A stretch of DNA of 24,000 nucleotides from Flavobacteriales bacterium 34_180_T64 (lineage in GTDB: Bacteria; Bacteroidota; Bacteroidia; Flavobacteriales; Flavobacteriaceae): positions 155,199-179,198 of the forward strand of contig MAAR01000012.1 of the NCBI GenBank assembly GCA_002162765.1. The letters are read 5' to 3'. This document shows positions 1 to 10,904 of the stretch, piece by piece. The translations under genes and the position numbers were made by a program. Numbering within the stretch: position 1 is the stretch's first letter; every line of letters starts with the position of its first letter. Below the pieces are notes generated by a model. It ran no database searches. It was not told the origin of the DNA and was given only the letters and a program-made list of their open reading frames with translations.

Positions 1-1176
1 CCTATAAAGCTATCGATCTATGAGAACAATTATTTCTTAAGAGATTTTGATCCAAATTCTGAATTCGACTCTCCTCAACAGTATTACTCTAATGCCTCTA
101 CTTCTGATGCAGATTTCATTAGCCCATCACAATTAGAAGGAACACCTATAGCTGTTATTTCCACTGTTGATATAAATGAATTTACGCCAAACCCTAACCC
201 AATTGGGTTAAAAGACTTAGACGGTGAAATAACTCAAGTCTTGACGCCTTCATTAAGACTTAAATTAGATAAAGACTTTTGGCAACAAAAAATTCTTGAT
301 AAAGAAGGTGAACCTGAATTAAGTAATCAGAATAATTTCGCAGATTATTTTAGAGGCATCTATTTCAAAGCCGAAGCTCTTGAAGATAATGGAAATATGA
401 TGTTGTTGAATTTCTTAGCGGCAAATGCTCACATTACATTATACTACACTAAGGATCCATTTACATCTGGCGATGATCGTGATGAAAGTTCTTTTCAATT
501 AAAATTTTCTGGAAATAGAGTTAATTTCATAAATAATGAATTCGAATTCCCTCTTCAAGATGGGGATGCTGTTAATGGGGATGAAAAATTATTCCTAAAA
601 GGAGGTGAAGGTGCTGTGGCTGTAGTAAATCTTTTTAATGGAGATGACGAAGGAAATTCGCCAGAATTGGATCAATTAAAAGCGAATAATTGGCTTATTA
701 ATGAAGCTAACCTTGTGTTTTATGTAGATCAGAGTATAGTTCAGGATGAAGAACCTGAACGTATTTATTTATATGATTTAGAAAACAACACCCCTTTAAT
801 TGATTATTATCTCGATTTAGGTAGCACTACATTTCCAGTTAATTCTAGAACAAATCATCTAGGTCGTTTAGAGCGCGTTGATGAAGATGATCCCGAAAGT
901 GAAGGTGTTCGATATAAAGTTAGAATTACTCAGCATATCAATAATATTATTTTAAACGATTCAACAAATGTCAAACTTGGTTTAGCTATTTCTGGTAATA
1001 TAAATATAGAAAGCAATACTTCACAGTATGGCTTACTTACTGAAGCTGATGAGTTTGACAAAGTTCCAGGAAGCTCAATTATTTCGCCTCGAGGTACAGT
1101 TCTTTTCGGAAATAACACGCTAAATGAAGAGAAAAAAGTATATTTAGAAATATTTTATACTGACCCTAATAATTAA
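1..1176 (+). CDS. Hypothetical protein, 3' portion (DUF4270-like); 5' end lies outside the window
   Basis: Frame 1 has no stop from nt 1 to the TAA at 1174-1176. The track start at 241 is a TTG inside an already open frame, so the gene is truncated by the window edge. Only 5 nt separate it from glmS. The DUF4270 label is my recollection of the gene usually found upstream of glmS in Flavobacteriia, not a search result. Confidence 0.6.
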   Translation, partial: PIKLSIYENNYFLRDFDPNSEFDSPQQYYSNASTSDADFISPSQLEGTPIAVISTVDINEFTPNPNPIGLKDLDGEITQVLTPSLRLKLDKDFWQQKILDKEGEPELSNQNNFADYFRGIYFKAEALEDNGNMMLLNFLAANAHITLYYTKDPFTSGDDRDESSFQLKFSGNRVNFINNEFEFPLQDGDAVNGDEKLFLKGGEGAVAVVNLFNGDDEGNSPELDQLKANNWLINEANLVFYVDQSIVQDEEPERIYLYDLENNTPLIDYYLDLGSTTFPVNSRTNHLGRLERVDEDDPESEGVRYKVRITQHINNIILNDSTNVKLGLAISGNINIESNTSQYGLLTEADEFDKVPGSSIISPRGTVLFGNNTLNEEKKVYLEIFYTDPNN

Positions 1177-1181
1177 ATTTT

Positions 1182-3029
1182 ATGTGTGGCATAGTTGGAT
1201 ACATTGGACATCGAGAAGCTTACCCAATAATTCTTAAAGGATTAAAACGCCTAGAATATCGTGGATATGATAGTGCTGGAATAGCTTTATATGATGGTAA
1301 TGATATCAAATTGTCAAAAACAAAAGGAAAAGTTGCGGATCTTGAAGAGCGCTTGGAAAAAGAAATTTCAACAAAAGGCTCTCTAGGTATTGGACATACA
1401 CGTTGGGCAACACATGGCGTTCCTAACGATGTGAATTCTCATCCACATTTTTCAAATTCAGGTAATTTAGTAATCATTCATAACGGAATTATTGAAAATT
1501 ATGATTCACTAAAAAAAGAACTTCTTAAGAGAGGGTACATCTTTAATTCAGATACGGATACAGAAGTATTAATTAATCTGATTGAAGATGTTATGAAACA
1601 AGATGGTATTAAACTTGGAAAAGCTGTGCAAGTCGCTCTTAACCAAGTTGTAGGTGCTTATGCTATTGCCGTATTTGATAAAAACAAACCTAATGAAATT
1701 GTTGTTGCTCGATTAGGAAGCCCTTTAGCCATTGGAATTGGAGATGATGAGTTTTTCATAGCAAGTGATGCTTCTCCATTCATTGAGTATACTAAAAATG
1801 CTATTTATTTGGAAGATGAAGAAATGGCTATTATTAGAAGAGATAAAGAGGTGAATATTAGAAAGATTAAAGATGATTCTTTAGTTGATCCATATATGCA
1901 AGAACTCCAAATCAACCTTGAACAGATTGAAAAAGGGGGTTACGATCATTTTATGCTTAAGGAAATATTTGAACAACCAAGAGCAATACTCGATACGTTT
2001 AGAGGACGATTGCTTATTGATAAAGCCATTATAAAAATGGCTGGCATTGAGGATAATATGAAAAAATTCCTCAATGCAGATCGTATAATAATTGTTGCTT
2101 GTGGAACCTCATGGCATGCTGGCTTGGTTGCTGAATACATTTTTGAAGACCTGGCTAGAATCCCTGTAGAAGTTGAATACGCTTCTGAATTTAGATATAG
2201 AAATCCTGTAATTAAAGAAAACGATGTAGTGATTGCAATTTCACAATCTGGTGAAACTGCAGATACTTTAGCAGCAATTAAACTGGCTAAATCTAAAGGG
2301 GCTTTTGTATTTGGTGTTTGTAATGTGGTTGGTTCATCAATTGCCAGAGAAACAGATGCTGGAGCTTATACACATGCTGGTCCAGAAATTGGAGTTGCAT
2401 CTACTAAAGCATTTACAACTCAAATTACCGTTCTAACACTTATTGCTTTGCGTCTTGCGAGAGCAAAAGGAACTATTTCTAGCTCCGATTATAGACATCA
2501 TTTAATTGAATTAGAGCTTATTCCTGAAAAAGTTGAAAAAGCATTAAAATCTGATGCTTACGTCAAAACCATTGCAGCTATATATAAAGATGTGAAAAAT
2601 TTCTTGTATTTGGGAAGAGGTTATAATTTCCCAGTAGCATTAGAAGGTGCTTTAAAATTGAAAGAGATTTCATATATCCATGCAGAAGGGTATCCTGCAG
2701 CAGAAATGAAACATGGACCGATTGCACTCATCGATGAGAATATGCCAATTGTGGTTATCGCTACTAAAAAAGGACACTACGAAAAAGTGGTTAGCAATAT
2801 TCAAGAAATAAAGTCCAGAAAAGGAAAAATTATAGGTATTGTTACAGAAGGAGATTACAGTGTAAGGGAATTAGCTGACCATGTTATCGAAGTTCCTGAC
2901 ACATTAGAATCTTTATCTCCTTTACTCACTACTATTCCCCTTCAGTTGCTGTCTTACCATATTGCAGTAATGCTAGAAAAAAATGTAGATCAGCCTCGAA
3001 ATCTTGCTAAATCAGTAACAGTAGAGTAA
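1182..3029 (+). CDS. glmS: Glutamine--fructose-6-phosphate aminotransferase (isomerizing)
   Basis: 615 aa. N-terminal MCGIVGY places the Ntn-glutaminase Cys at position 2. Two SIS-type sugar isomerase halves (ACGTSWHAG, SQSGETADT). Canonical C-terminal PRNLAKSVTVE. Confidence 0.97.
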   Translation: MCGIVGYIGHREAYPIILKGLKRLEYRGYDSAGIALYDGNDIKLSKTKGKVADLEERLEKEISTKGSLGIGHTRWATHGVPNDVNSHPHFSNSGNLVIIHNGIIENYDSLKKELLKRGYIFNSDTDTEVLINLIEDVMKQDGIKLGKAVQVALNQVVGAYAIAVFDKNKPNEIVVARLGSPLAIGIGDDEFFIASDASPFIEYTKNAIYLEDEEMAIIRRDKEVNIRKIKDDSLVDPYMQELQINLEQIEKGGYDHFMLKEIFEQPRAILDTFRGRLLIDKAIIKMAGIEDNMKKFLNADRIIIVACGTSWHAGLVAEYIFEDLARIPVEVEYASEFRYRNPVIKENDVVIAISQSGETADTLAAIKLAKSKGAFVFGVCNVVGSSIARETDAGAYTHAGPEIGVASTKAFTTQITVLTLIALRLARAKGTISSSDYRHHLIELELIPEKVEKALKSDAYVKTIAAIYKDVKNFLYLGRGYNFPVALEGALKLKEISYIHAEGYPAAEMKHGPIALIDENMPIVVIATKKGHYEKVVSNIQEIKSRKGKIIGIVTEGDYSVRELADHVIEVPDTLESLSPLLTTIPLQLLSYHIAVMLEKNVDQPRNLAKSVTVE

Positions 3030-3243
3030 TTTCAATCCTCAATTCTCTTATTTAATGTTATTCAGAATTAGAGATACATTTTTACATTAATCTTGTTTTT
3101 TTATCTATATTATGCGATATTATTAAATTAATCCATGAGTTTTTGTTAAATAATACTATGCGTGCATAATTTTCAAAACTAATCTTATTGTGTTAGCATA
3201 TAATTATTTATATTGCTCTACTAAATTTAACTAATTCCCTAGA

Positions 3244-6069
3244 ATGAAAACAATACTTAAAATTTCAATGCTGTTTTGTTGTGTCTTTACTTTTGGACAA
3301 ACTACAGTAAAAGGTAAAGTATCCGACAATAACGGGCAACCTTTACCAGGTGCAAATATTATTGTCGTTGGTACTACAACAGGAACTATTTCAGATTTTG
3401 ATGGTAACTATACGTTAACTGTAGATCAAGACCCTCCATTTTCAATTACTGTAAGTAGTGTCGGTTTTGACTCAGTAACTCAAGAAGTTACTATGAATAC
3501 CCAAACACTAGATTTTGTTTTAGTGGAAGGAACCTCATTAGATGAGGTAGTAATCTCAGCGTCTCGTACTCCTGAACGTATTTTTGAATCTCCAGTAACT
3601 GTTGAACGATTTGGACTTAAGGAAATAAAAAATACGGCTTCTGCTGATTTTTATGATGGACTTGAAAACTTGAAAGGGGTAGATATTAATGTAAATAGTT
3701 TAACATTTAAATCTATTAATACTAGAGGTTTCGCAACGTTTGCTAATACACGTTTCATGCAGCTAGTTGATGGAATGGATAACTCTGCTCCTGCACTTAA
3801 CTTTCCATTAGGAAATTTATTAGGTATGACAGAAACAGACATTCTAAGTGTGGAGTTATTACCTGGTGCTGCATCTGCCTTATATGGTGCAAATGCATTT
3901 AATGGTATCTTGTTTATGAGAAGTAAAAGTCCATTTGATCATACTGGAGTTAGCGGTTATGTGAAACAAGGATTGACCTCCCAAGAGGCAGCTGGTGATA
4001 ATAATTATACTGATGTAGGTATAAGAATGGCCTATAAATTTAGCGATAAGTTTGCTGCTAAAGTAAATTTCGGATATTTAAAAGGTACCGATTGGGTTGC
4101 TGAAAATACCATGGACAAAAGAAACAATGGTTTTACAAGAGCAAATCTAGATTACGATGGTGTTAACGTTTATGGAGATGAAGTATTTGCAAATATTAAA
4201 GGGGTAGCTGAAATTCTAGAGGAAACTTTAGATGCTACTGGTAATCCAATATTGCCAGCTGGAGCAAATGCCTTAGTGCCTTCTGTTGACGTTAGTAGAA
4301 CAGGTTATAATGAGGCTGACTTAACAGACTATAACGCCGAGAGTATTAAAGCAGATTGGGGCTTATATTTCCGTCCTTGGGCTGATGATTTTGAAATCCA
4401 GTATGTTGGGAAAATTGGTTCTGGATCTACTATCTATCAAGGCGCGAATAGATACGCAATCGACGATTTCTTTCTGCAACAACATAAAATAGAAATCAAA
4501 AACGATAATTTCTTCCTAAGAGGATATGTTACTGAAGATAAAGCTGGTGATTCATACGATATGGTATTTACAGGTGTGAATATTAATAGAGCGTGGAAAG
4601 ACGACAATACTTGGTTTGGCGAATATGTAGGAAACTATGTTGCAGCAACATTAGGTGGTGCTACAAATGATCAGGCACACGCTGTAGGTAGAGCAGTTGC
4701 GGAAACCGGCCGTTTTGAACCAGGATCTCCTGAGTTTGAAGCTGCATTTAATAGAAGTATTAATGACCCTAGTTTATTAACAGGGTCAAAATTTCAAGAT
4801 AATTCGAAAATTTATCATGGTGATGGAAATTATAATTTAAGTCATCTTATTGATTTTGCTGAAATCCAAGTTGGTGGATCGTATAGACAATACCAATTGA
4901 ACTCTTTTGGAACAATCTATACAGATAATGATGGACCAATTAAATATTCAGAAGTTGGTTTTTATACGCAAATTCAAAAATCGCTGGAATTATCAGAAAG
5001 TGTGGATTTAAAATTGACTGGTTCTGTACGTTATGATAAATCTGAATTATTTGATGGTTTCTTTTCACCGAGACTATCTGCTGGATTTACTGTAAATAAT
5101 AATCATAACATTAGAGCTTCTTTTCAAACAGGTTTTAGAAATCCAACGACTCAAGATTTATATATAGGACTTGATGTAGGTAGAGCCATCTTAGTTGGTG
5201 GTGCTCCAGATAATCCAGCACGTGATATTAGAAATTATGGTTTAAGTGCAACCGGACAAGCGTTGTTAGGTAGTCCTTCAATTAATTTCTCTGGTGAAGG
5301 TGCTTATAATAATTCATTCACGGCGAGTTCTGTTGCTGATGGTTTTGCTAATACTGGTAATCCAGCAGATTTGGAAATTGCAAACTCGAGTTTAGCTCAA
5401 CCAGAACAAGTAACTTCAATTGAAGTTGGATATCGTGGAAAATTAAATAAAGTTATCGTAGATGCGTCTGCTTATTACAACTCTTATAAAGATTTCTTAT
5501 CTAACGAAACCGTAATTGCTCCTTTTTATGGAGATGTACAACTGGAGCAAAATGTTCCTGGTACTTCAACGCCTCTTGCTATTGCAGCAATTGCGAATAA
5601 TGATTACCAAGTGTATCAAACTTATACCAATACAGATGCCGATGTGAGCTCCTATGGGGCTGCAATAGGAATATCTGCAAAAGTTATGAATGGTTTTGAT
5701 CTAGGATTTAATTATACCTATTCAAAATTAGATTTTGATCAGGAGGCTAATCCAGATTTTCAAACCAACTTTAATACGCCAGAACATAAAGTGAAAGCTT
5801 CGTTTGGAAAAACAGAATTATTTAAAAATTTTGGTTTCAATGTGGCCTGGAGATGGTCTGACACGTATGAGTGGGAAGCTTCATTCGCTAATGGAGATGT
5901 ACCAGCTTACCACGTTATGGATGCACAAATTAATCTTAGAGTTCCTAGTTTAAAATCGCAGTTTAAAGTTGGTGCTACCAACTTATTACAAGATGAATAT
6001 TTTACAGCTGTAGGAACAGGACTAATAGGTTCGATGTATTATGTATCATGGACTATCAATAACTTATAA
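3244..6069 (+). CDS. TonB-dependent outer-membrane receptor with N-terminal carboxypeptidase-regulatory-like domain
   Basis: 941 aa. Signal peptide MKTILKISMLFCCVFTFGQ. CarboxypepD_reg-like segment (TVKGKVSDNNGQPLPGANIIVVGTTTGTISDFDGNYTL). Plug-like segment (LDEVVISASRTPERIFESPVTVERF). Long Gly/Tyr/Asn-rich barrel with an aromatic-rich C-terminus (MYYVSWTINNL). Preceded by a 214-nt AT-rich intergenic region. Confidence 0.85.
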   Translation: MKTILKISMLFCCVFTFGQTTVKGKVSDNNGQPLPGANIIVVGTTTGTISDFDGNYTLTVDQDPPFSITVSSVGFDSVTQEVTMNTQTLDFVLVEGTSLDEVVISASRTPERIFESPVTVERFGLKEIKNTASADFYDGLENLKGVDINVNSLTFKSINTRGFATFANTRFMQLVDGMDNSAPALNFPLGNLLGMTETDILSVELLPGAASALYGANAFNGILFMRSKSPFDHTGVSGYVKQGLTSQEAAGDNNYTDVGIRMAYKFSDKFAAKVNFGYLKGTDWVAENTMDKRNNGFTRANLDYDGVNVYGDEVFANIKGVAEILEETLDATGNPILPAGANALVPSVDVSRTGYNEADLTDYNAESIKADWGLYFRPWADDFEIQYVGKIGSGSTIYQGANRYAIDDFFLQQHKIEIKNDNFFLRGYVTEDKAGDSYDMVFTGVNINRAWKDDNTWFGEYVGNYVAATLGGATNDQAHAVGRAVAETGRFEPGSPEFEAAFNRSINDPSLLTGSKFQDNSKIYHGDGNYNLSHLIDFAEIQVGGSYRQYQLNSFGTIYTDNDGPIKYSEVGFYTQIQKSLELSESVDLKLTGSVRYDKSELFDGFFSPRLSAGFTVNNNHNIRASFQTGFRNPTTQDLYIGLDVGRAILVGGAPDNPARDIRNYGLSATGQALLGSPSINFSGEGAYNNSFTASSVADGFANTGNPADLEIANSSLAQPEQVTSIEVGYRGKLNKVIVDASAYYNSYKDFLSNETVIAPFYGDVQLEQNVPGTSTPLAIAAIANNDYQVYQTYTNTDADVSSYGAAIGISAKVMNGFDLGFNYTYSKLDFDQEANPDFQTNFNTPEHKVKASFGKTELFKNFGFNVAWRWSDTYEWEASFANGDVPAYHVMDAQINLRVPSLKSQFKVGATNLLQDEYFTAVGTGLIGSMYYVSWTINNL

Positions 6070-6080
6070 AAATTACAACA

Positions 6081-7706
6081 ATGAAAACTTTAAAATATAT
6101 ATTCTTTTCAGCAGTTCTTTTAGGTTTTACAGCCTGTGATAGCGATGATGATTCATCAACAGACGTAGAACCATTACCCGAACTTTCTGCAGGAACAGCT
6201 AATTTTTCAACTTATGTTTCCTTAGGAAACTCTTTAACTGCTGGATTTACAGACAGTGCTTTATTTATTGCTGGTCAAGAAAATTCATTTCCAAATATTT
6301 TATCCAGTAAATTTGCGATGCTCGGAGGGGGTGCTTTTACGCAACCTCTAATGAATGATAATTTAGGAGGTATCGCCTTAGGTGGAACTCAACTTCCTGG
6401 AGCTTCTTTAGGTCCGAGATTAATTTTTAATGGGGCTGTTCCTGCTCCAATTACAAGCATTATTGGCCCAGCAGTTTCGTCTACAGATTTATTAGTAAAT
6501 AATCCAACTGGTCCTTTCAATAATATGGGTGTTCCTGGTGCAGCAAGTTTTCATTTAATAGCATCTGGATATGGTAATATTGGTAATTTACCTGCGGCAG
6601 CAAACCCTTATTTTGTGAGAATGACTGGGGCAACACCAGATGCTACTATTATGGAAATGGCAATGGCCCAATCGCCTTCATTTGTGACTTTATGGGTAGG
6701 TGCCAATGATGTATTAGGTTATGCACTTGGCGGTGCTTCTTCTGGTGCACCAACACCGCAACCAACGTTTGATTTCGCAATGTCGCAAATTATGACGAGC
6801 CTTGGAGGCGTTCAAGGCGTTATGGCAAACATTCCTAATATTACAGATGTTCCGTATTTTACAACAATTAATCATGACGGATTAGAGCCATCAAACCCAG
6901 ATTTCGGGCCTCAAATACCAACACTTAATGGGATTTTTGGTCAACTAAATCTAGTCTATGCCTTTTTAGAAAGTCAAGGAATTCCAAATGCCACTGAACG
7001 TGCAATTGTATTCTCTGAAACTGAAAATAGTTCTTTTGTGATTAAAGATGAAAGTTTAATAGATTTGTCTGCTCAAATTGCTGGTGTATTAAATGCGAGT
7101 CCAACATTCCCTGCCTTTGTAGAATCTTTTGGATTACCAGCTGCAGCGGCTCCATTAGTTGCAAATTTATTGGGTGTGACTTATGGACAATCTAGACAGG
7201 CTAATGAAAATGATTTAATAGTGCTGGCAAGTTCTCCAATACTTGGGACAGTTAATGAGGCTTCTGTAGCAGCGTTAATGGGTCAAGGGTTACCACTCGC
7301 ATTAGCAGGACAATTCTCTGTAGAAGGTATTACGTTACCATTGGAAGATAAATGGATTATAATCCCTAGTGAAAATGATGAAATCAATATGGCTATTAAT
7401 GGTTATAATGGAACCATTCAAGCTTCTGCTTCTGCTGCAGGATTTGGTTTTGTTGATGCCAATTCAGTTTATCAACAAATGGCTTCAATTGGATATACTG
7501 ATGGCGATTTTACACTAACAGGGAATCTCGTTATGGGAGGTGCTGTCTCATTAGATGGTTTTCATCCAACATCTAGAGGTTATGCTTTGGTTGCAAATGA
7601 ATTTATGAAAGCTATTGATGCCGCATATGGTTCAAATTTTGAAGCTTCCGGTAACTTAGTTGACATAGGAAACTATCCAACAAATTACTCGCCTGCACTT
7701 CAATAA
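6081..7706 (+). CDS. SGNH/GDSL-family hydrolase lipoprotein
   Basis: 541 aa. Lipoprotein-type signal (LLGFTAC, then a D/S-rich linker). SGNH block I-like SLGNSLTAGF and block V-like DGFHPTSRGY near the C-terminus. Starts 11 nt after the TonB receptor stop. Followed by a strong terminator. Confidence 0.7.
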   Translation: MKTLKYIFFSAVLLGFTACDSDDDSSTDVEPLPELSAGTANFSTYVSLGNSLTAGFTDSALFIAGQENSFPNILSSKFAMLGGGAFTQPLMNDNLGGIALGGTQLPGASLGPRLIFNGAVPAPITSIIGPAVSSTDLLVNNPTGPFNNMGVPGAASFHLIASGYGNIGNLPAAANPYFVRMTGATPDATIMEMAMAQSPSFVTLWVGANDVLGYALGGASSGAPTPQPTFDFAMSQIMTSLGGVQGVMANIPNITDVPYFTTINHDGLEPSNPDFGPQIPTLNGIFGQLNLVYAFLESQGIPNATERAIVFSETENSSFVIKDESLIDLSAQIAGVLNASPTFPAFVESFGLPAAAAPLVANLLGVTYGQSRQANENDLIVLASSPILGTVNEASVAALMGQGLPLALAGQFSVEGITLPLEDKWIIIPSENDEINMAINGYNGTIQASASAAGFGFVDANSVYQQMASIGYTDGDFTLTGNLVMGGAVSLDGFHPTSRGYALVANEFMKAIDAAYGSNFEASGNLVDIGNYPTNYSPALQ

Positions 7707-7728
7707 AATACCAAAACATATATATATG

Positions 7729-7760
7729 AAAACGCCTTCTTTTTGAAGGCGTTTTTTTAT
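7729..7760 (+). terminator. Rho-independent terminator after the SGNH lipoprotein gene
   Basis: AAAACGCCTTC (7729-7739) pairs perfectly with GAAGGCGTTTT (7745-7755) across a TTTTT loop, and T residues continue downstream. Confidence 0.85.
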
Positions 7761-7805
7761 ATACAAAAAAGCGTAAAAAGGACTTTAATTTTAAATTAAA
7801 AAATA

Positions 7806-7813
7806 TATCTTTG
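7806..7813 (+). promoter_or_regulatory. Candidate Bacteroidota sigma-A -7 box (TAnnTTTG) for atpDC
   Basis: TATCTTTG matches TAnnTTTG, 60 nt upstream of the atpD ATG and downstream of the preceding terminator. No clear -33 TTTG element seen. Confidence 0.4.
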
Positions 7814-7870
7814 CAGCGCGAAAAAAGTATGTTTTTCGCTAATAAAATTATCTAAACATAAAACACATAA

Positions 7871-9382
<1,512 letters not shown>

Positions 9383-9400
9383 TATAAAACAACCTAAATT

Positions 9401-9679
9401 ATGTTTTTAGAAATTGTAACACCTGAAGCAACTTTATTTAGCGGAGAAGTAGAATCTATTTCTATTCCTGGAGTTAATGGTGAGTTCGAAATGTTAAATA
9501 ATCACGCACCAATTGTCTCTCTTTTAAAAGAAGGACATGTGAAAATTTTTGGTAGCATTGAACTCGATGAAGAGGTAGAAGACAAATTTGTAAAAGGGAA
9601 AGACAGAGGAACTTGGTTAGCAATTAATTCTGGTACTATTGAACTTAAAGACAATAAAGTTATTGTATTAGCTGATTAA
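9401..9679 (+). CDS. atpC: F0F1 ATP synthase subunit epsilon (short form)
   Basis: 92 aa, 18 nt after atpD. N-terminal beta-sandwich pattern (LEIVTPE...FSGEV..I.IPG..GEF..L.NHAP). Confidence 0.85.
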   Translation: MFLEIVTPEATLFSGEVESISIPGVNGEFEMLNNHAPIVSLLKEGHVKIFGSIELDEEVEDKFVKGKDRGTWLAINSGTIELKDNKVIVLAD

Positions 9680-9710
9680 ATTAGCATACATTTTATTACA
9701 TATAAAAGAG

Positions 9711-9737
9711 AGCCAAACTTAGTGTTTGGCTTTTTTT
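9711..9737 (+). terminator. Rho-independent terminator after atpC (shared convergently with the GNAT gene)
   Basis: AGCCAAAC (9711-9718) pairs with GTTTGGCT (9724-9731) across a TTAGT loop. The paired arm runs into a T run (9731-9737) whose end overlaps the stop codon of the minus-strand gene. Confidence 0.8.
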
Positions 9738-10293
9738 ATGCCCAATTCCAAATGATCAGCTCCCAATTACGATCATTAGACGTATAGGTTTTTAATACTT
9801 CAAATCCAATGGCTTTGTGAGCATCTATTGATCTTATATTTTCCCCATCAACCTCAGTTATTATCATATTAAACGTTGCGTTTAATTCCGCTCTCATAAA
9901 CTCATACAAACCTCTAAATATGCCTAACTTTCTATAGGATTTATCAATACATATTTGTCCCATTGTTAGGTAACTTAGCTTCTCTTTATTCTGAATTCGT
10001 AATTCTTTATCTATTTCATTAAACATTGATACCAATACTGGAATCTCTTTTTGGAATTCTTGAAGCATACACAATGCATATCCCACAACTTTTGAATTAT
10101 GCTTCGCAATGACATGCGCACATTTGTCATTCATCGATTTTAATAATTCAAACGAATGGTGAACAGTTACAAAACCTTCCTTATCTTTTTCAGAATTCGA
10201 AAGTCCTTGAGGCAAATTTATACGTTGAAGTTCTAGAATTTGATGCAATTCTTCGTTGGTAAAAGCTCTTTTATAGCTGATATTGGTATTCAT
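9736..10293 (-). CDS. GNAT-family N-acetyltransferase
   Basis: 185 aa. Acetyl-CoA binding motif A-like segment (QICIDKSYRKLGIFRGLY, i.e. the Q/RxxGxG/A region) and an overall GNAT-like beta-alpha pattern. Confidence 0.65.
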   Translation of the reverse strand: MNTNISYKRAFTNEELHQILELQRINLPQGLSNSEKDKEGFVTVHHSFELLKSMNDKCAHVIAKHNSKVVGYALCMLQEFQKEIPVLVSMFNEIDKELRIQNKEKLSYLTMGQICIDKSYRKLGIFRGLYEFMRAELNATFNMIITEVDGENIRSIDAHKAIGFEVLKTYTSNDRNWELIIWNWA

Positions 10294-10346
10294 ATTTTAA
10301 ATTTACAATATTTAATATATCTCTATTAAATAGATCGTTCATTATT

Positions 10347-10354
10347 TATATTTG
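10347..10354 (+). promoter_or_regulatory. Candidate -7 box (TAnnTTTG) at the head of the first bio sub-operon
   Basis: TATATTTG lies only 5 nt before the ATG at 10359. This would imply a leaderless or near-leaderless transcript, or a chance match. Confidence 0.25.
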
Positions 10355-10358
10355 TGAT

Positions 10359-10904
10359 ATGTATGACAATATAATTGTATCTGAAAGTGACAGACCAATT
10401 TGGCAAATTCCAGTTGCGGCATTTCTATTTACTCTTGCTTTAGCTTTAATTCTGAGAGCTTTTTATCTTAATGATTGGTCTTATCATGATGTAATCCTTT
10501 TAACAGAAGATTTCAAGCATTCTTCTTTGTTAGCAGCAGTTGGTGTTGGGTTTTGTTCTCAAAAACGAATTTATATTGATTTAATCAATTCCAAAATTAA
10601 ATCAGCATTTGAAATAGGCCCTCTTAAGTTTGGAAAATGGCAAACGATGAAGAATCTAGAATACGTATCCGTTTTTCATAGACCTAAAGAAAATGGTAGT
10701 TATGCTTTCGAAGTAAATCTTTGGTATGAAAAGGTTAAACGCATTGAACTTTATGAAAGAGACAACTATTTCGAGGCCTTTAAAATTGGGTTTAATGTAT
10801 CAGAAGGATTAAATATAGACTTATTAGACGCAACTGTTGCACACCAAAGTACGTGGGTAGATAAAGACAAGTGGAAACGAAAAATGAATGATGAAAATTC
10901 CTAA
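10359..10904 (+). CDS. Hypothetical 2-TM membrane protein, bio-locus paralog A
   Basis: 181 aa. Two hydrophobic segments (IPVAAFLFTLALALILRAF; SSLLAAVGVGF), then a soluble domain. Clear paralog of 16413..16892, sharing IDL..K, GKW, EY[VI]SVF, NL[WF]Y, K.IE.Y, AF, SE.LNID[LI]LDAT. Its stop overlaps the bioF start by 14-17 nt. Confidence 0.7.
   Translation: MYDNIIVSESDRPIWQIPVAAFLFTLALALILRAFYLNDWSYHDVILLTEDFKHSSLLAAVGVGFCSQKRIYIDLINSKIKSAFEIGPLKFGKWQTMKNLEYVSVFHRPKENGSYAFEVNLWYEKVKRIELYERDNYFEAFKIGFNVSEGLNIDLLDATVAHQSTWVDKDKWKRKMNDENS

Noticed and set aside
241-243. TTG at 241 as the start of the first gene
   Set aside because: The frame is open from nt 1, so the ORF is cut by the window edge and the 241 start is an artefact of ORF calling.
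3030-3243. Possible riboswitch or sRNA in the 214-nt leader upstream of the TonB receptor, and a glmS terminator
   Set aside because: I found no cobalamin, TPP or other conserved riboswitch boxes. There is only a weak bulged inverted repeat (CTCAATTCT ... AGAATTAGAG, ~3037-3076) with a 17-nt loop and no T tract, which is not convincing as a terminator.
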